Assembly: GCA_041615815.1 (NCBI GenBank)
Contig: JBFJCP010000010.1
Location: forward strand, 52,258-116,257
Length of the DNA stretch: 64,000 nt
Reading direction: 5' to 3'
Origin: Gemmatimonadales bacterium
Lineage (GTDB): Bacteria > Gemmatimonadota > Gemmatimonadetes > Gemmatimonadales > GWC2-71-9
Part shown: piece by piece, positions 56,419 through 64,000 of the stretch
Position numbering within the stretch: position 1 is the first letter of the stretch
Layout of the letters: each line of letters starts with the position of its first letter
Position numbers and translations under genes: made by a program
The notes under the pieces: model-generated
What the model was told of the DNA's origin: nothing
The model's database searches: none
The model's input: the letters and a program-made list of their open reading frames with translations, nothing else

Positions 56419-57467
56419 CGACCCCGCTCCAGCGCCCCGGCCAGGACAGCCATGGCCAGTTGGGGGTTAGCGTTCCCCTGCGCCTCTGCCCGTTTCTCCT
56501 CTACCAGCCGCACGGCCTCGACCAACGGAGCGACCGCCGGGGTCCCCTCCCGGGATGCCGTCTCCAACTGGCTCCGAAGCTCCACCAGGAGCGCGTCCAA
56601 GAAGCCCGTGAAGTCCCCCCGGGCGGACCACGGCGCCTGGGCCAGCGCCAACGGCGCCCAGTCCCGGGCTCCCCGCTGAGCGGCCTGCAAGAAATCGTGC
56701 GCCGCCCGGTCCGCGTGGCCATCTTCGGACCCCAGGGCGCGTCCCACACACCCTTCCGCCAGGAGCACCCGCCGCTGTACAGCCCGCCGGTCCAGCGTTG
56801 GCCTTGCCTCCGCTTCCAAGAACGCCCGTACCGCCTCGTCCGAGACACGGCGCACCCGTAAGGGCACCGCCCGCGACCGCACTGTGGGCAAGAGCGCCTC
56901 GGCGTCGGCCGTCGTCAGAATCATCGTCGTGTCCGCCGGCGGCTCCTCCAGCACCTTGAGGAGCGCATTTGCCGCCTCCTGACTGGCTTCCTGCACGATC
57001 AGGCGGTCCGCATCGCCCACGATCACCACTTTCCGCTTCCCCTGAAACGGGGTCACCGAGACGACCTGCCTCAGCAGCCGCACCGACGCCAGCGCGTGAC
57101 TAGCCATTCGCTCCGGTGGGCCCCACAGGGGATCAGCCCGCCGTTCCGCCAGGATCTCTCCGAGGGCCTCCTTGGCGGCTTCCACCTGCTTGGACGGATC
57201 GGTGACCTTGGGCCGGATGATCGGCACGAACCAGTGGAGGTCCGGATGCCGGAGACCGCTCACGTCCCTACAGGGCTTGCATTCACCACACGGGGCACCC
57301 GGCCCCTCGACGCACAGCATCCCCTGGGCGACCCAGAGGGCGAGGCGCTGCTTCCCGACCCCGCGAGGACCGAGGAGGAGCGTCACCTGCGGAAACCGGC
57401 CGGAGGCAATGGTGCCACCCAGCCGGCTCAGCAAGTCGTCGTGCCCGTAGATTGGCCGAAGACTCAT
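56415..57467 (-). CDS. holB: DNA polymerase III delta-prime subunit
   Basis: GPRGVGK, C..PCGEC..C, HPDL, AANALLKVLEEPP, LLPTVRSR. Confidence 0.88.
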   Translation of the reverse strand: MSLRPIYGHDDLLSRLGGTIASGRFPQVTLLLGPRGVGKQRLALWVAQGMLCVEGPGAPCGECKPCRDVSGLRHPDLHWFVPIIRPKVTDPSKQVEAAKEALGEILAERRADPLWGPPERMASHALASVRLLRQVVSVTPFQGKRKVVIVGDADRLIVQEASQEAANALLKVLEEPPADTTMILTTADAEALLPTVRSRAVPLRVRRVSDEAVRAFLEAEARPTLDRRAVQRRVLLAEGCVGRALGSEDGHADRAAHDFLQAAQRGARDWAPLALAQAPWSARGDFTGFLDALLVELRSQLETASREGTPAVAPLVEAVRLVEEKRAEAQGNANPQLAMAVLAGALERGR

Positions 57468-57624
57468 GGTCCACAATCTAGCAGCACGCCGCCTCAGGTG
57501 GTAGCAAAACGCATGGGCGTTGCGGCCTTTCGACGCGTGCCAAAGCCCATCGGTCAGCTACAATTCATTGTGAAATAAGGGGATAACTCGTCGATGCCGC
57601 ACCTACGCCGCTACGCGGCGAGGT

Positions 57625-57642
57625 TTGTGACGGATGTCACCA
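57625..57642. promoter_or_regulatory. CRP/FNR-family-like palindrome
   Basis: TTGTGA-CGGATG-TCACCA (TGTGA-N6-TCACA with one mismatch). Confidence 0.4.
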
Positions 57643-57735
57643 ACGTGTGAGTCCTGACGTGGCCCTCGCTGACCGCCGTACCGGAGCAACGGACCGGGGC
57701 CGTGCCACGGGGCTTACCGCCGGGCAGACGGCTGT

Positions 57736-57753
57736 TCGTGAAAAAATTCACAA
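57736..57753. promoter_or_regulatory. Rex-like operator
   Basis: TCGTGAAAAAATTCACAA versus consensus TTGTGAANNNNTTCACAA (one mismatch). Confidence 0.55.
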
Positions 57754-57836
57754 GGCCTTCACGGCCCTTTGTGTTCGCCGATGCAAATAGTCCCGCAGGA
57801 GTTGTTCGCGAAGCCTTCGACGGTAAGGAGGTTTCC

Positions 57837-58214
57837 ATGCGTCATCCCCTCCAAAGGAGGATCGGGGTGGAAGACTGCCATGTGCAGGCCCGCCAGGCGA
57901 TCCGCGATAACCCAACCGCCCCGTACAAGACCGACTTCGCGTGCGAGGACTGCCACATGCCGTACGCCGGCAAGAGCGCCGTGGCCTGCGACACGTACGT
58001 CGGCGACGTACGCACGCACATCTTCAAGATCAACGCAGACTCGTTGGCCGAGCAATTCGACGGTGGCACGTCGAATCACTGGCTGACGCTCGAGTACACT
58101 TGTCTGGGCTGTCACACCGGCGAGACGAAGCAGTGGGCGGCGGAGAACGCGATAGACGTGCACGGCCCCGATTATGTCATTCGGCGCTCGCCGGGCTTGG
58201 TGTCCGCCTACTAG
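57837..58214 (+). pseudogene. Internally deleted multiheme cytochrome c remnant
   Basis: AAGGAGG RBS; MRHPLQRRIG runs directly into the broken heme motif VEDCH, then intact CEDCHMP and CLGCH; no hydrophobic signal. Confidence 0.6.
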
Positions 58215-58237
58215 GAGTTCACACCTCAACCGACCTC

Positions 58238-58270
58238 GGGCCGCCCACCTGGGCGGCCCTTGCGTTTTGT
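58238..58270 (+). terminator. Intrinsic terminator after the cytochrome remnant
   Basis: GGGCCGCCCA-CC-TGGGCGGCCC followed by TTGCGTTTTGT. Confidence 0.7.
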
Positions 58271-58584
58271 GCCCGCCGTCTGCCTACTCGAGTACCTCTT
58301 GGGGATCTCCTCCAGCCGCACGGGGGTATCTTTCAGCCGCTCCCGACGGATTGCTCCGGACGTCTCATCGTCCGGGCTTTCGCGTTCGCACCGCGCAGCA
58401 ACAGATGGTGGAGCCGGCGGGATGATCGTCGTCACCTACGGACGGGAAGGGGTGTTCAGTCCTGCGGAAGCAGGAGGCGCCCAACCTTTAGCGGCTCATC
58501 AATGAGCGTTGCTGGGGGAGGTATGACTCGCACGGGTCTCTTCTCCTTTTCTTGTCGTACACTCGTGCATACATGGACGGGATC

Positions 58585-59667
58585 ATGCGGACACACATTG
58601 GATTGATGACGGTCTTCCTCGGCGTCGCGTTGGCATGCGCCGCCCCGGGTGCTTCGCCCTCCACGTTGCAGGCGCAAGCAGCCCCGCTGCTCTACGTCTG
58701 CAATCAGGAAGAAGCCAGCATTGCGGTAGTAGACTTGGTGTCCAACGAGATCGTGGCGACCATCGATCTGCAACGTCTCGGGTTTTCCCCGACGGCCAAG
58801 CCACACCATACGGCCGTGGAGCCCGATGGATCGTACTGGTATCTATCGCTCATCGGCGAAAGCAAGGTCCTCAAGTTCTCGCGCACCAACGAGCTGGTAG
58901 CACAGGCCGACTTCGCAACGCCTGGGATGTTGGCGCTGCACCCCACGGAGGATTTTCTCTTCGTCGGCCGATCCATGAGCGCCGTGAATCCTCCGAGTCG
59001 CATCGGCATCCTGCGTCGCTCGACGATGGAGATCGAAGAGGTCGACGTGGTCTTTCCGCGGCCGCACGCACTAGCCATGACGCCTGGTGGCGAGTTCGTC
59101 TATACCGCGAGCCTTGCGGAAAACCAGATCGCCAGTCTGGATACGGACACGGAGGCACTCGAGCTGACCACCGTGCATGGTGATCACGTACATACCTTCG
59201 TGCAATTTGCGGTCGCGCCGGACGGCGGTGCGATGGTGGCCACGGGAGAGATGAGCGGCCAGGTGTTGTTCTTCGATCTTGCGAACCCGATCAGGCCGTC
59301 GCTCGTCGCGGCCGTGGACGTGAACCAAGCGCCGTGGCATCCGACCTACACTCGGGACGGGCGCTATGTATACGTCGGGAATCAACGAGCCAATACCGTC
59401 ACGGTCATCGACGTGACGACGCACGAAGTGGCTGCCGTCATCCGTCACCCGGCCCTGGCGCAGCCCCACGGTATCGCCGTGTCGCCGGACGGACGTCACG
59501 TCTACGTGTCGAATCGTAACCTGAGTGGTGAGTATCGCCCGGCCGGTCACGCGGAAGGCAGCCCGAACGGCAACGTGGTCGTCATCGACATTGACACCCG
59601 AGAGGTCGTCAAGGTGATCGAGGTTGGACGCGGGCCGTCTGGGTTGAGCGTGGGTACCACCCGTTGA
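58585..59667 (+). CDS. YncE/YVTN-type beta-propeller protein, exported
   Basis: Signal peptide; LYVCNQ, YVYVGNQRANTVTVID, PHGIAVSPDG.HVYVSN, IEVGRGP. Confidence 0.85.
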   Translation: MRTHIGLMTVFLGVALACAAPGASPSTLQAQAAPLLYVCNQEEASIAVVDLVSNEIVATIDLQRLGFSPTAKPHHTAVEPDGSYWYLSLIGESKVLKFSRTNELVAQADFATPGMLALHPTEDFLFVGRSMSAVNPPSRIGILRRSTMEIEEVDVVFPRPHALAMTPGGEFVYTASLAENQIASLDTDTEALELTTVHGDHVHTFVQFAVAPDGGAMVATGEMSGQVLFFDLANPIRPSLVAAVDVNQAPWHPTYTRDGRYVYVGNQRANTVTVIDVTTHEVAAVIRHPALAQPHGIAVSPDGRHVYVSNRNLSGEYRPAGHAEGSPNGNVVVIDIDTREVVKVIEVGRGPSGLSVGTTR

Positions 59668-61529
59668 GTCGGTTGTCGCTTTGGGCGTTGGTTCGTGCAT
59701 CGTCGCTCCGGAGAGGTTTCCCGTGGGCGCTCGCGATGCTTTTGGTTGCGTTGGGGTGTACCGCCGGCCGGCCGTCGACGCCCGCGCCGAGTGTGCGCGC
59801 GAGTTACGTCCGCACCATCATCCCCTTCCACGTGCGGACGAGCGACGGCGCGTTGTACCCCATACCCTTTCTCGGCGGCCTCAACGTTCCCCGTCCGCAG
59901 CTCGTGGACATCGATGCGGACGGCGACGTGGACTTGTTCATCCAGGAAATGTCTGGCCGTGTGATGTTCTTCGAGCACGAGCGTGGGGAGGGATATGTCT
60001 GGCGGACCGATGCCTTCCACCAGCTCGACGTGGGCGAATGGTACCGGTTTGCCGACCTCGATCGCGACGGCGACTACGATCTCCTGGCGGAGCACCCGTT
60101 CAGCTACATCCGGTACTATCGGAATGTCGGTAGTCCGGCAGTGCCGCATTTCCGGCTGGTGGCGGACACACTGCGGGATGTGAGCGGGGAGCCGATTTTT
60201 TCCGATCGTCAGAACATTCCCAACGTGACCGATATCGATTGCGATGGCGATCTCGATCTGTTCATCGGCCGACTCGTTGGCACCGTGACGTTCTACGAGA
60301 GCTTAGGACTCGGTCCCGATAGTCTCCCGCGCTTCCGCTTCGTAACCGATCGATTTCAGGAGATCGAGATCATCTCCCAGATCGGAAGCCGGCATGGCGC
60401 CAATACCATGACGTTCGCCGATATCGACGCCGATGGAGACCAAGACTTCTTTTGGGGAGACTTTTTCGACCCTGTACTCCTCTACATCGAGAACACCGGT
60501 TCCTGCCAACGACCGGATCTGACCAGTGCGCCCGTGGCCTTCCCCGTGGGGAATGCGGTCGAGACGAGCGGCTATAACGCCCCCACGTTCGGTGACGTGG
60601 ATCGGGATGGCGATCTCGACTTGCTCATGGGCGTACTGGGAGGGGCATTCAACGCCAATCGCACCACCGTCGACAACCTCATTCTCCTGGAACAGCACGA
60701 TCGGGAAACGTTCGTGGAACGAACACGTCAATTTCTGGTGAACGTGGATGTGGGGAGCGAGAGCATTCCCACCGTGGCAGATCTAGACGATGACGGCGAT
60801 CTGGACCTGCTGCTGGCCAACAAGCTGGACCCCCAGGATCTCGAGACCGCTCGGATCTATCATTTCGAAAACATAGGCACGCGGGACCGTCCTGCGTTCC
60901 GCATGACGGGGCCGCTGGAGATTCGTGGCCAGTATCATCTCGCTCCTGCGCTCGCCGATCTGGACGCCGATGGCGATCTCGACATGGTGCTGGGCTCGTG
61001 GCGGGCAGATGTGGCCTACTACCGCAATGCGGGAAGCGCTCGAGCACCGCGGTTCGTGCTCGCCGACTCCTCCATCGTTCGGCTCACCCGCGGGAGCAAC
61101 AGTACGCCCGCCCTCGTCGACATCGATGACGACGGGGATCTCGATCTCTTCGTCGGCGAAGCGTCAGGTACGGTGAACTTCTATCGGAACACGGGTTCAC
61201 CACAATCCCCGACGTTTACGCTCGTGACCGACGAACTCGGTGGGATCGATGTCGGGCGGCGGAGTGCGCCCAGCTTTGTTGATCTCGACGGTGACGGCGA
61301 CTGGGATCTGGTGATCGGGAGCGAGAGCGGGCGACTCATCGTGTATGCCAACCAGGGCACCACCCACGAACCACGGTTTGCGACAGCGGATACGCTCGCC
61401 CCCCGGGCCCCGGGTCTCGCTGCTCCAGCGTTTCGCGATCTGGACGGGAACGGTCTGGTCGACCTCCTGGTAGGAACGATCGGTGGAGGCGTGCTCTATT
61501 TCGAGGGTCGCAACACAGATACTCGATAG
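59664..61529 (+). CDS. FG-GAP/VCBS repeat lipoprotein
   Basis: About 10 D(I/L)DxDGDxDL repeats; lipobox ALGC; start uncertain. Confidence 0.85.
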   Translation: MSRLSLWALVRASSLRRGFPWALAMLLVALGCTAGRPSTPAPSVRASYVRTIIPFHVRTSDGALYPIPFLGGLNVPRPQLVDIDADGDVDLFIQEMSGRVMFFEHERGEGYVWRTDAFHQLDVGEWYRFADLDRDGDYDLLAEHPFSYIRYYRNVGSPAVPHFRLVADTLRDVSGEPIFSDRQNIPNVTDIDCDGDLDLFIGRLVGTVTFYESLGLGPDSLPRFRFVTDRFQEIEIISQIGSRHGANTMTFADIDADGDQDFFWGDFFDPVLLYIENTGSCQRPDLTSAPVAFPVGNAVETSGYNAPTFGDVDRDGDLDLLMGVLGGAFNANRTTVDNLILLEQHDRETFVERTRQFLVNVDVGSESIPTVADLDDDGDLDLLLANKLDPQDLETARIYHFENIGTRDRPAFRMTGPLEIRGQYHLAPALADLDADGDLDMVLGSWRADVAYYRNAGSARAPRFVLADSSIVRLTRGSNSTPALVDIDDDGDLDLFVGEASGTVNFYRNTGSPQSPTFTLVTDELGGIDVGRRSAPSFVDLDGDGDWDLVIGSESGRLIVYANQGTTHEPRFATADTLAPRAPGLAAPAFRDLDGNGLVDLLVGTIGGGVLYFEGRNTDTR

Positions 61530-61532
61530 GCC

Positions 61533-62939
61533 TTACGGTCTCCGTTCCGGTATGCGGATCCCACGCGTGGTCTGCCCACCCTGTTCCAGCATGAAGCCCA
61601 CCGACAGATGCCCTCGTACTTCAAATCGCATGGTGACCGAATGATCGAATGAGGCAACGAACGTGTTGTCGCCCTGGTAGAGTAGCGTGAAGGCCGGCTG
61701 TCCCGTGGCCTGCGCCATGAGCTGCTCGTCCCTGACGAACACCCGCACCTGCAGATCTCCCAGATCGTACCAACCAACGAAGCGTTCGCGCTCCGAGTTG
61801 GAGAGTGGCATCTCCTCTACTGGAGGCGGCGTGGTGCCAAACACGGTGCGCACCACCTCGCGCGCGATGTCCCAGGGATTGGAGCCCTCGGTGTTCACCA
61901 AAACGGCGATCGTGAGCGAATCCTCCGGGAAATATGCGAGATACGAGTTGAATCCGTTGATCCCGCCACCGTGGGCGATCATTGGGTGGCCATCCAGCGC
62001 AGTGATGCCGAGTCCAAACCCGTAGTTGGCCCGCGATCCGTCCTTCAAGGTGGCCGGCGTGGTCATTTGGCGGAACGACTCCGCCGTAATGAGGCGGTGG
62101 TTTTGCAGGGCCTCCTGCCACGTGAGCAGGTCCGCCACGCTGGAGCACAAACCGCCCGCCGCAAACGGTTGCGTCATGCTAATGGGTTCGTCGTTCACGA
62201 GGGTACCGTTGGTGCGTCCGTAGCCTTCCGCGCGGCCCTCCACGATACGCCGTGGGTCGCAATACAACGTGTGGGCAAGCCCCAGTGGAGCGAAAATGTG
62301 CTGCTGCACGTATGTCGCGTACGGCTGTCCCGTGACGCGCTCGATGATCATGCCAAGGAGAAAATAGCCCGAGTTGCTGTACTCGTACTTGCCGCCTGGC
62401 TCGAACTTGAACGGCTCGTCTTGAAAGAGCTCCACGACTTCTTTCTGGGTGAGATCGAGGCGGATCTTCGAAAGCCAGGTGTTGCCCAGCGAAGTGTAGC
62501 TCGTGATCCCCGAGGTGTGGGTCAGGAGGTGGCGCACGGTCACCGTGTGACCCTGTGTCGGAAAGTCGGGTACGTATTGCTCGATGCGCTCATCGAGATC
62601 GATCTTGCCCTGTTCGACGAGCTGCATGATGCTGACCGCGGTGAACTGCTTCGTGAGTGACCCGATACGGTAGACCGTCTGTGGTGTGGCGCGGACTCGA
62701 TGTTCGAGGTCGGCGTAGCCGTACCCTGCCAGCACGATGGTGTCGTTGCCGCGAACCACACCGAGGGACAGCCCCGCCGCAGGACTCAGCCGCAGTGCTG
62801 CTTCGGCGATGGAGTCGATGCGCGGACGCAATGCTCCCGGTCCATCTTGTGTCACGGCCACCGCGGCCGTCGGACCGACGAGGTTCGCGGCCGCGATCGC
62901 TATCGTCCAATAGAGCTTCGGTTTGCCAATCGCCGTCAT
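61533..62939 (-). CDS. Serine hydrolase, beta-lactamase/D-peptidase family, with C-terminal DUF3471-like domain
   Basis: IGSLTKQF (SxxK), LLTHTSG, YSNSGY (YxN), HGGG. Confidence 0.9.
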   Translation of the reverse strand: MTAIGKPKLYWTIAIAAANLVGPTAAVAVTQDGPGALRPRIDSIAEAALRLSPAAGLSLGVVRGNDTIVLAGYGYADLEHRVRATPQTVYRIGSLTKQFTAVSIMQLVEQGKIDLDERIEQYVPDFPTQGHTVTVRHLLTHTSGITSYTSLGNTWLSKIRLDLTQKEVVELFQDEPFKFEPGGKYEYSNSGYFLLGMIIERVTGQPYATYVQQHIFAPLGLAHTLYCDPRRIVEGRAEGYGRTNGTLVNDEPISMTQPFAAGGLCSSVADLLTWQEALQNHRLITAESFRQMTTPATLKDGSRANYGFGLGITALDGHPMIAHGGGINGFNSYLAYFPEDSLTIAVLVNTEGSNPWDIAREVVRTVFGTTPPPVEEMPLSNSERERFVGWYDLGDLQVRVFVRDEQLMAQATGQPAFTLLYQGDNTFVASFDHSVTMRFEVRGHLSVGFMLEQGGQTTRGIRIPERRP

Positions 62940-64000
62940 CGTCCTCTCCAGACCTTCCAGCGGTCCACGACCCGATTGCCGCGGACCACGTAGTAGTCGT
63001 CAAAGCAAGCGGCCGTGAGACACGAGTGGTTTGGCAGGATGCGCACCCGATCTCCGATGGGCAATCTGCCGCTCACGATCCCATGCTCCTGACTGACCGA
63101 GACTACCCTCGTGCTGCCCTTGAGGGTCCGAGCTTCGTAATCGTCGAAGATCTCACCCATCGTTGCCTTGGCGCCATCCCGAGGTCCGGTGTCCTTCGAA
63201 AGCGCGAGCGCTCCGGCATCCACGATGGAGTGTTTCGCGCCGGGCGGTGCGGAGACGACGGTGGCCAACACGGTCAAAGCACAATCCTCCACCCCACACG
63301 ATCCGATGACCGTTTGCGAGTAGTCGTAGAATGCGTAGTTGCCTGGCCTGGCTTCGGTGACGTCGTCCAATGACCGAACGGCGCTCATCGCAGGAGTGGA
63401 TCCTACGCTCACCCGGGACACATCAATCCCCGATGCTCTGAGGAGGTTCGCAAAGTCGGTCATCACGCGCCGCTCCTCTTCGGCCACCCGCGCGAGCGCC
63501 GCGCTCCCGCGCGCTCGATACGCATGGCCCGAATGCGACAGGATCCCGTCGAAGCTGAGCGTCGGCGATTCATGAATCTCTCGTGCGATCTGCACGGCCA
63601 ATTCGTTAGCTGGATCTACACCCGCTCGGTGATAACCACAGTCCACTTTGAGCCACACGTGAAACGGGAACTGGGTGCGCTTGAGCACCCGCAGCGCCTC
63701 GATCGAGTCCAAGGTCAATCGCAAGGTCACGCGGCCCGCCAACTCCTGTGCCTCCTCGAGGCGGCTCAACACCACCGGGAATGCCCACGTGATGTCGTCG
63801 AACCCGTGATCCGCGAAGACGCGTGCTTCGTAGAGCGTCGAGACGGTAACGCCATGTGCGCCCAGGGCCCGCTGGCGCTCGGCGATCTCGACGCATTTGT
63901 GCGTCTTGAGATGCGGTCGAAGGGCAACGCCAAGCTCCGTGGCCCTGGTCGCCATCCGTTCCAGGTTGGCTTCCAGAGTATCGAGATCGACCAGCGCGGC
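62936..64000 (-). CDS. D-threonine aldolase/D-serine dehydratase-like PLP enzyme (alanine racemase fold), 5' partial
   Basis: RPHLKTHK, VDCGYHRAGV, VGSTP, EARPGNYAFYD, SQEHG, PNHSC; frame open to the window edge. Confidence 0.9.
   Translation of the reverse strand, partial: AALVDLDTLEANLERMATRATELGVALRPHLKTHKCVEIAERQRALGAHGVTVSTLYEARVFADHGFDDITWAFPVVLSRLEEAQELAGRVTLRLTLDSIEALRVLKRTQFPFHVWLKVDCGYHRAGVDPANELAVQIAREIHESPTLSFDGILSHSGHAYRARGSAALARVAEEERRVMTDFANLLRASGIDVSRVSVGSTPAMSAVRSLDDVTEARPGNYAFYDYSQTVIGSCGVEDCALTVLATVVSAPPGAKHSIVDAGALALSKDTGPRDGAKATMGEIFDDYEARTLKGSTRVVSVSQEHGIVSGRLPIGDRVRILPNHSCLTAACFDDYYVVRGNRVVDRWKVWRGR

Noticed and set aside
59664..61529. CRISPR-like periodic repeats (gacggcgatctcga...)
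   Set aside because: These are codons of FG-GAP protein repeats with degenerate third positions; no cas genes
61533..62939. True beta-lactamase resistance gene
   Set aside because: HGG replaces KTG; this is the broad serine hydrolase/D-peptidase family

Overview
A GC-rich bacterial window with about 70 tightly packed CDSs and one tRNA-Lys(UUU). The gene repertoire suggests Gemmatimonadota, which is inference only. Housekeeping genes include a nucleoside transporter, purine nucleoside phosphorylase, thiD, a TrmH-family methyltransferase, prepilin peptidase, ffh-rpsP-rimM-trmD-rplS-rnhB, moaC, holB and two lytic transglycosylases. The most notable feature is a hairpin-bounded, largely translationally coupled operon at 41633-47942. 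It encodes a Tat-type sarcosine-oxidase-like flavoenzyme, an outer-membrane beta-barrel, an HPr-kinase-like kinase, an NTP_transf_5 nucleotidyltransferase, a PqqD/RRE protein, a PRMT-fold methyltransferase and an 84-aa precursor-like peptide (RREFLKK...YAAPVI leader; Ser/His/Gly/Pro-rich core). No lasso cyclase or leader peptidase is present in the window, so this is a candidate undescribed RiPP-like peptide-modification system. Other points of interest are a sigma-54 promoter driving two paralogous lipoproteins plus an enhancer-binding protein and a TPR protein, two paralogous ECF/anti-sigma modules, a histone-H1-like/SWIB protein, a TIGR04283/TIGR04282/DUF547 cluster without a radical SAM gene, an internally deleted multiheme cytochrome remnant behind Rex/CRP-like boxes, and short purine/pyrimidine repeats, one of which sits in-frame in ffh. 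All family calls come from motif recognition by eye; no database search was run.
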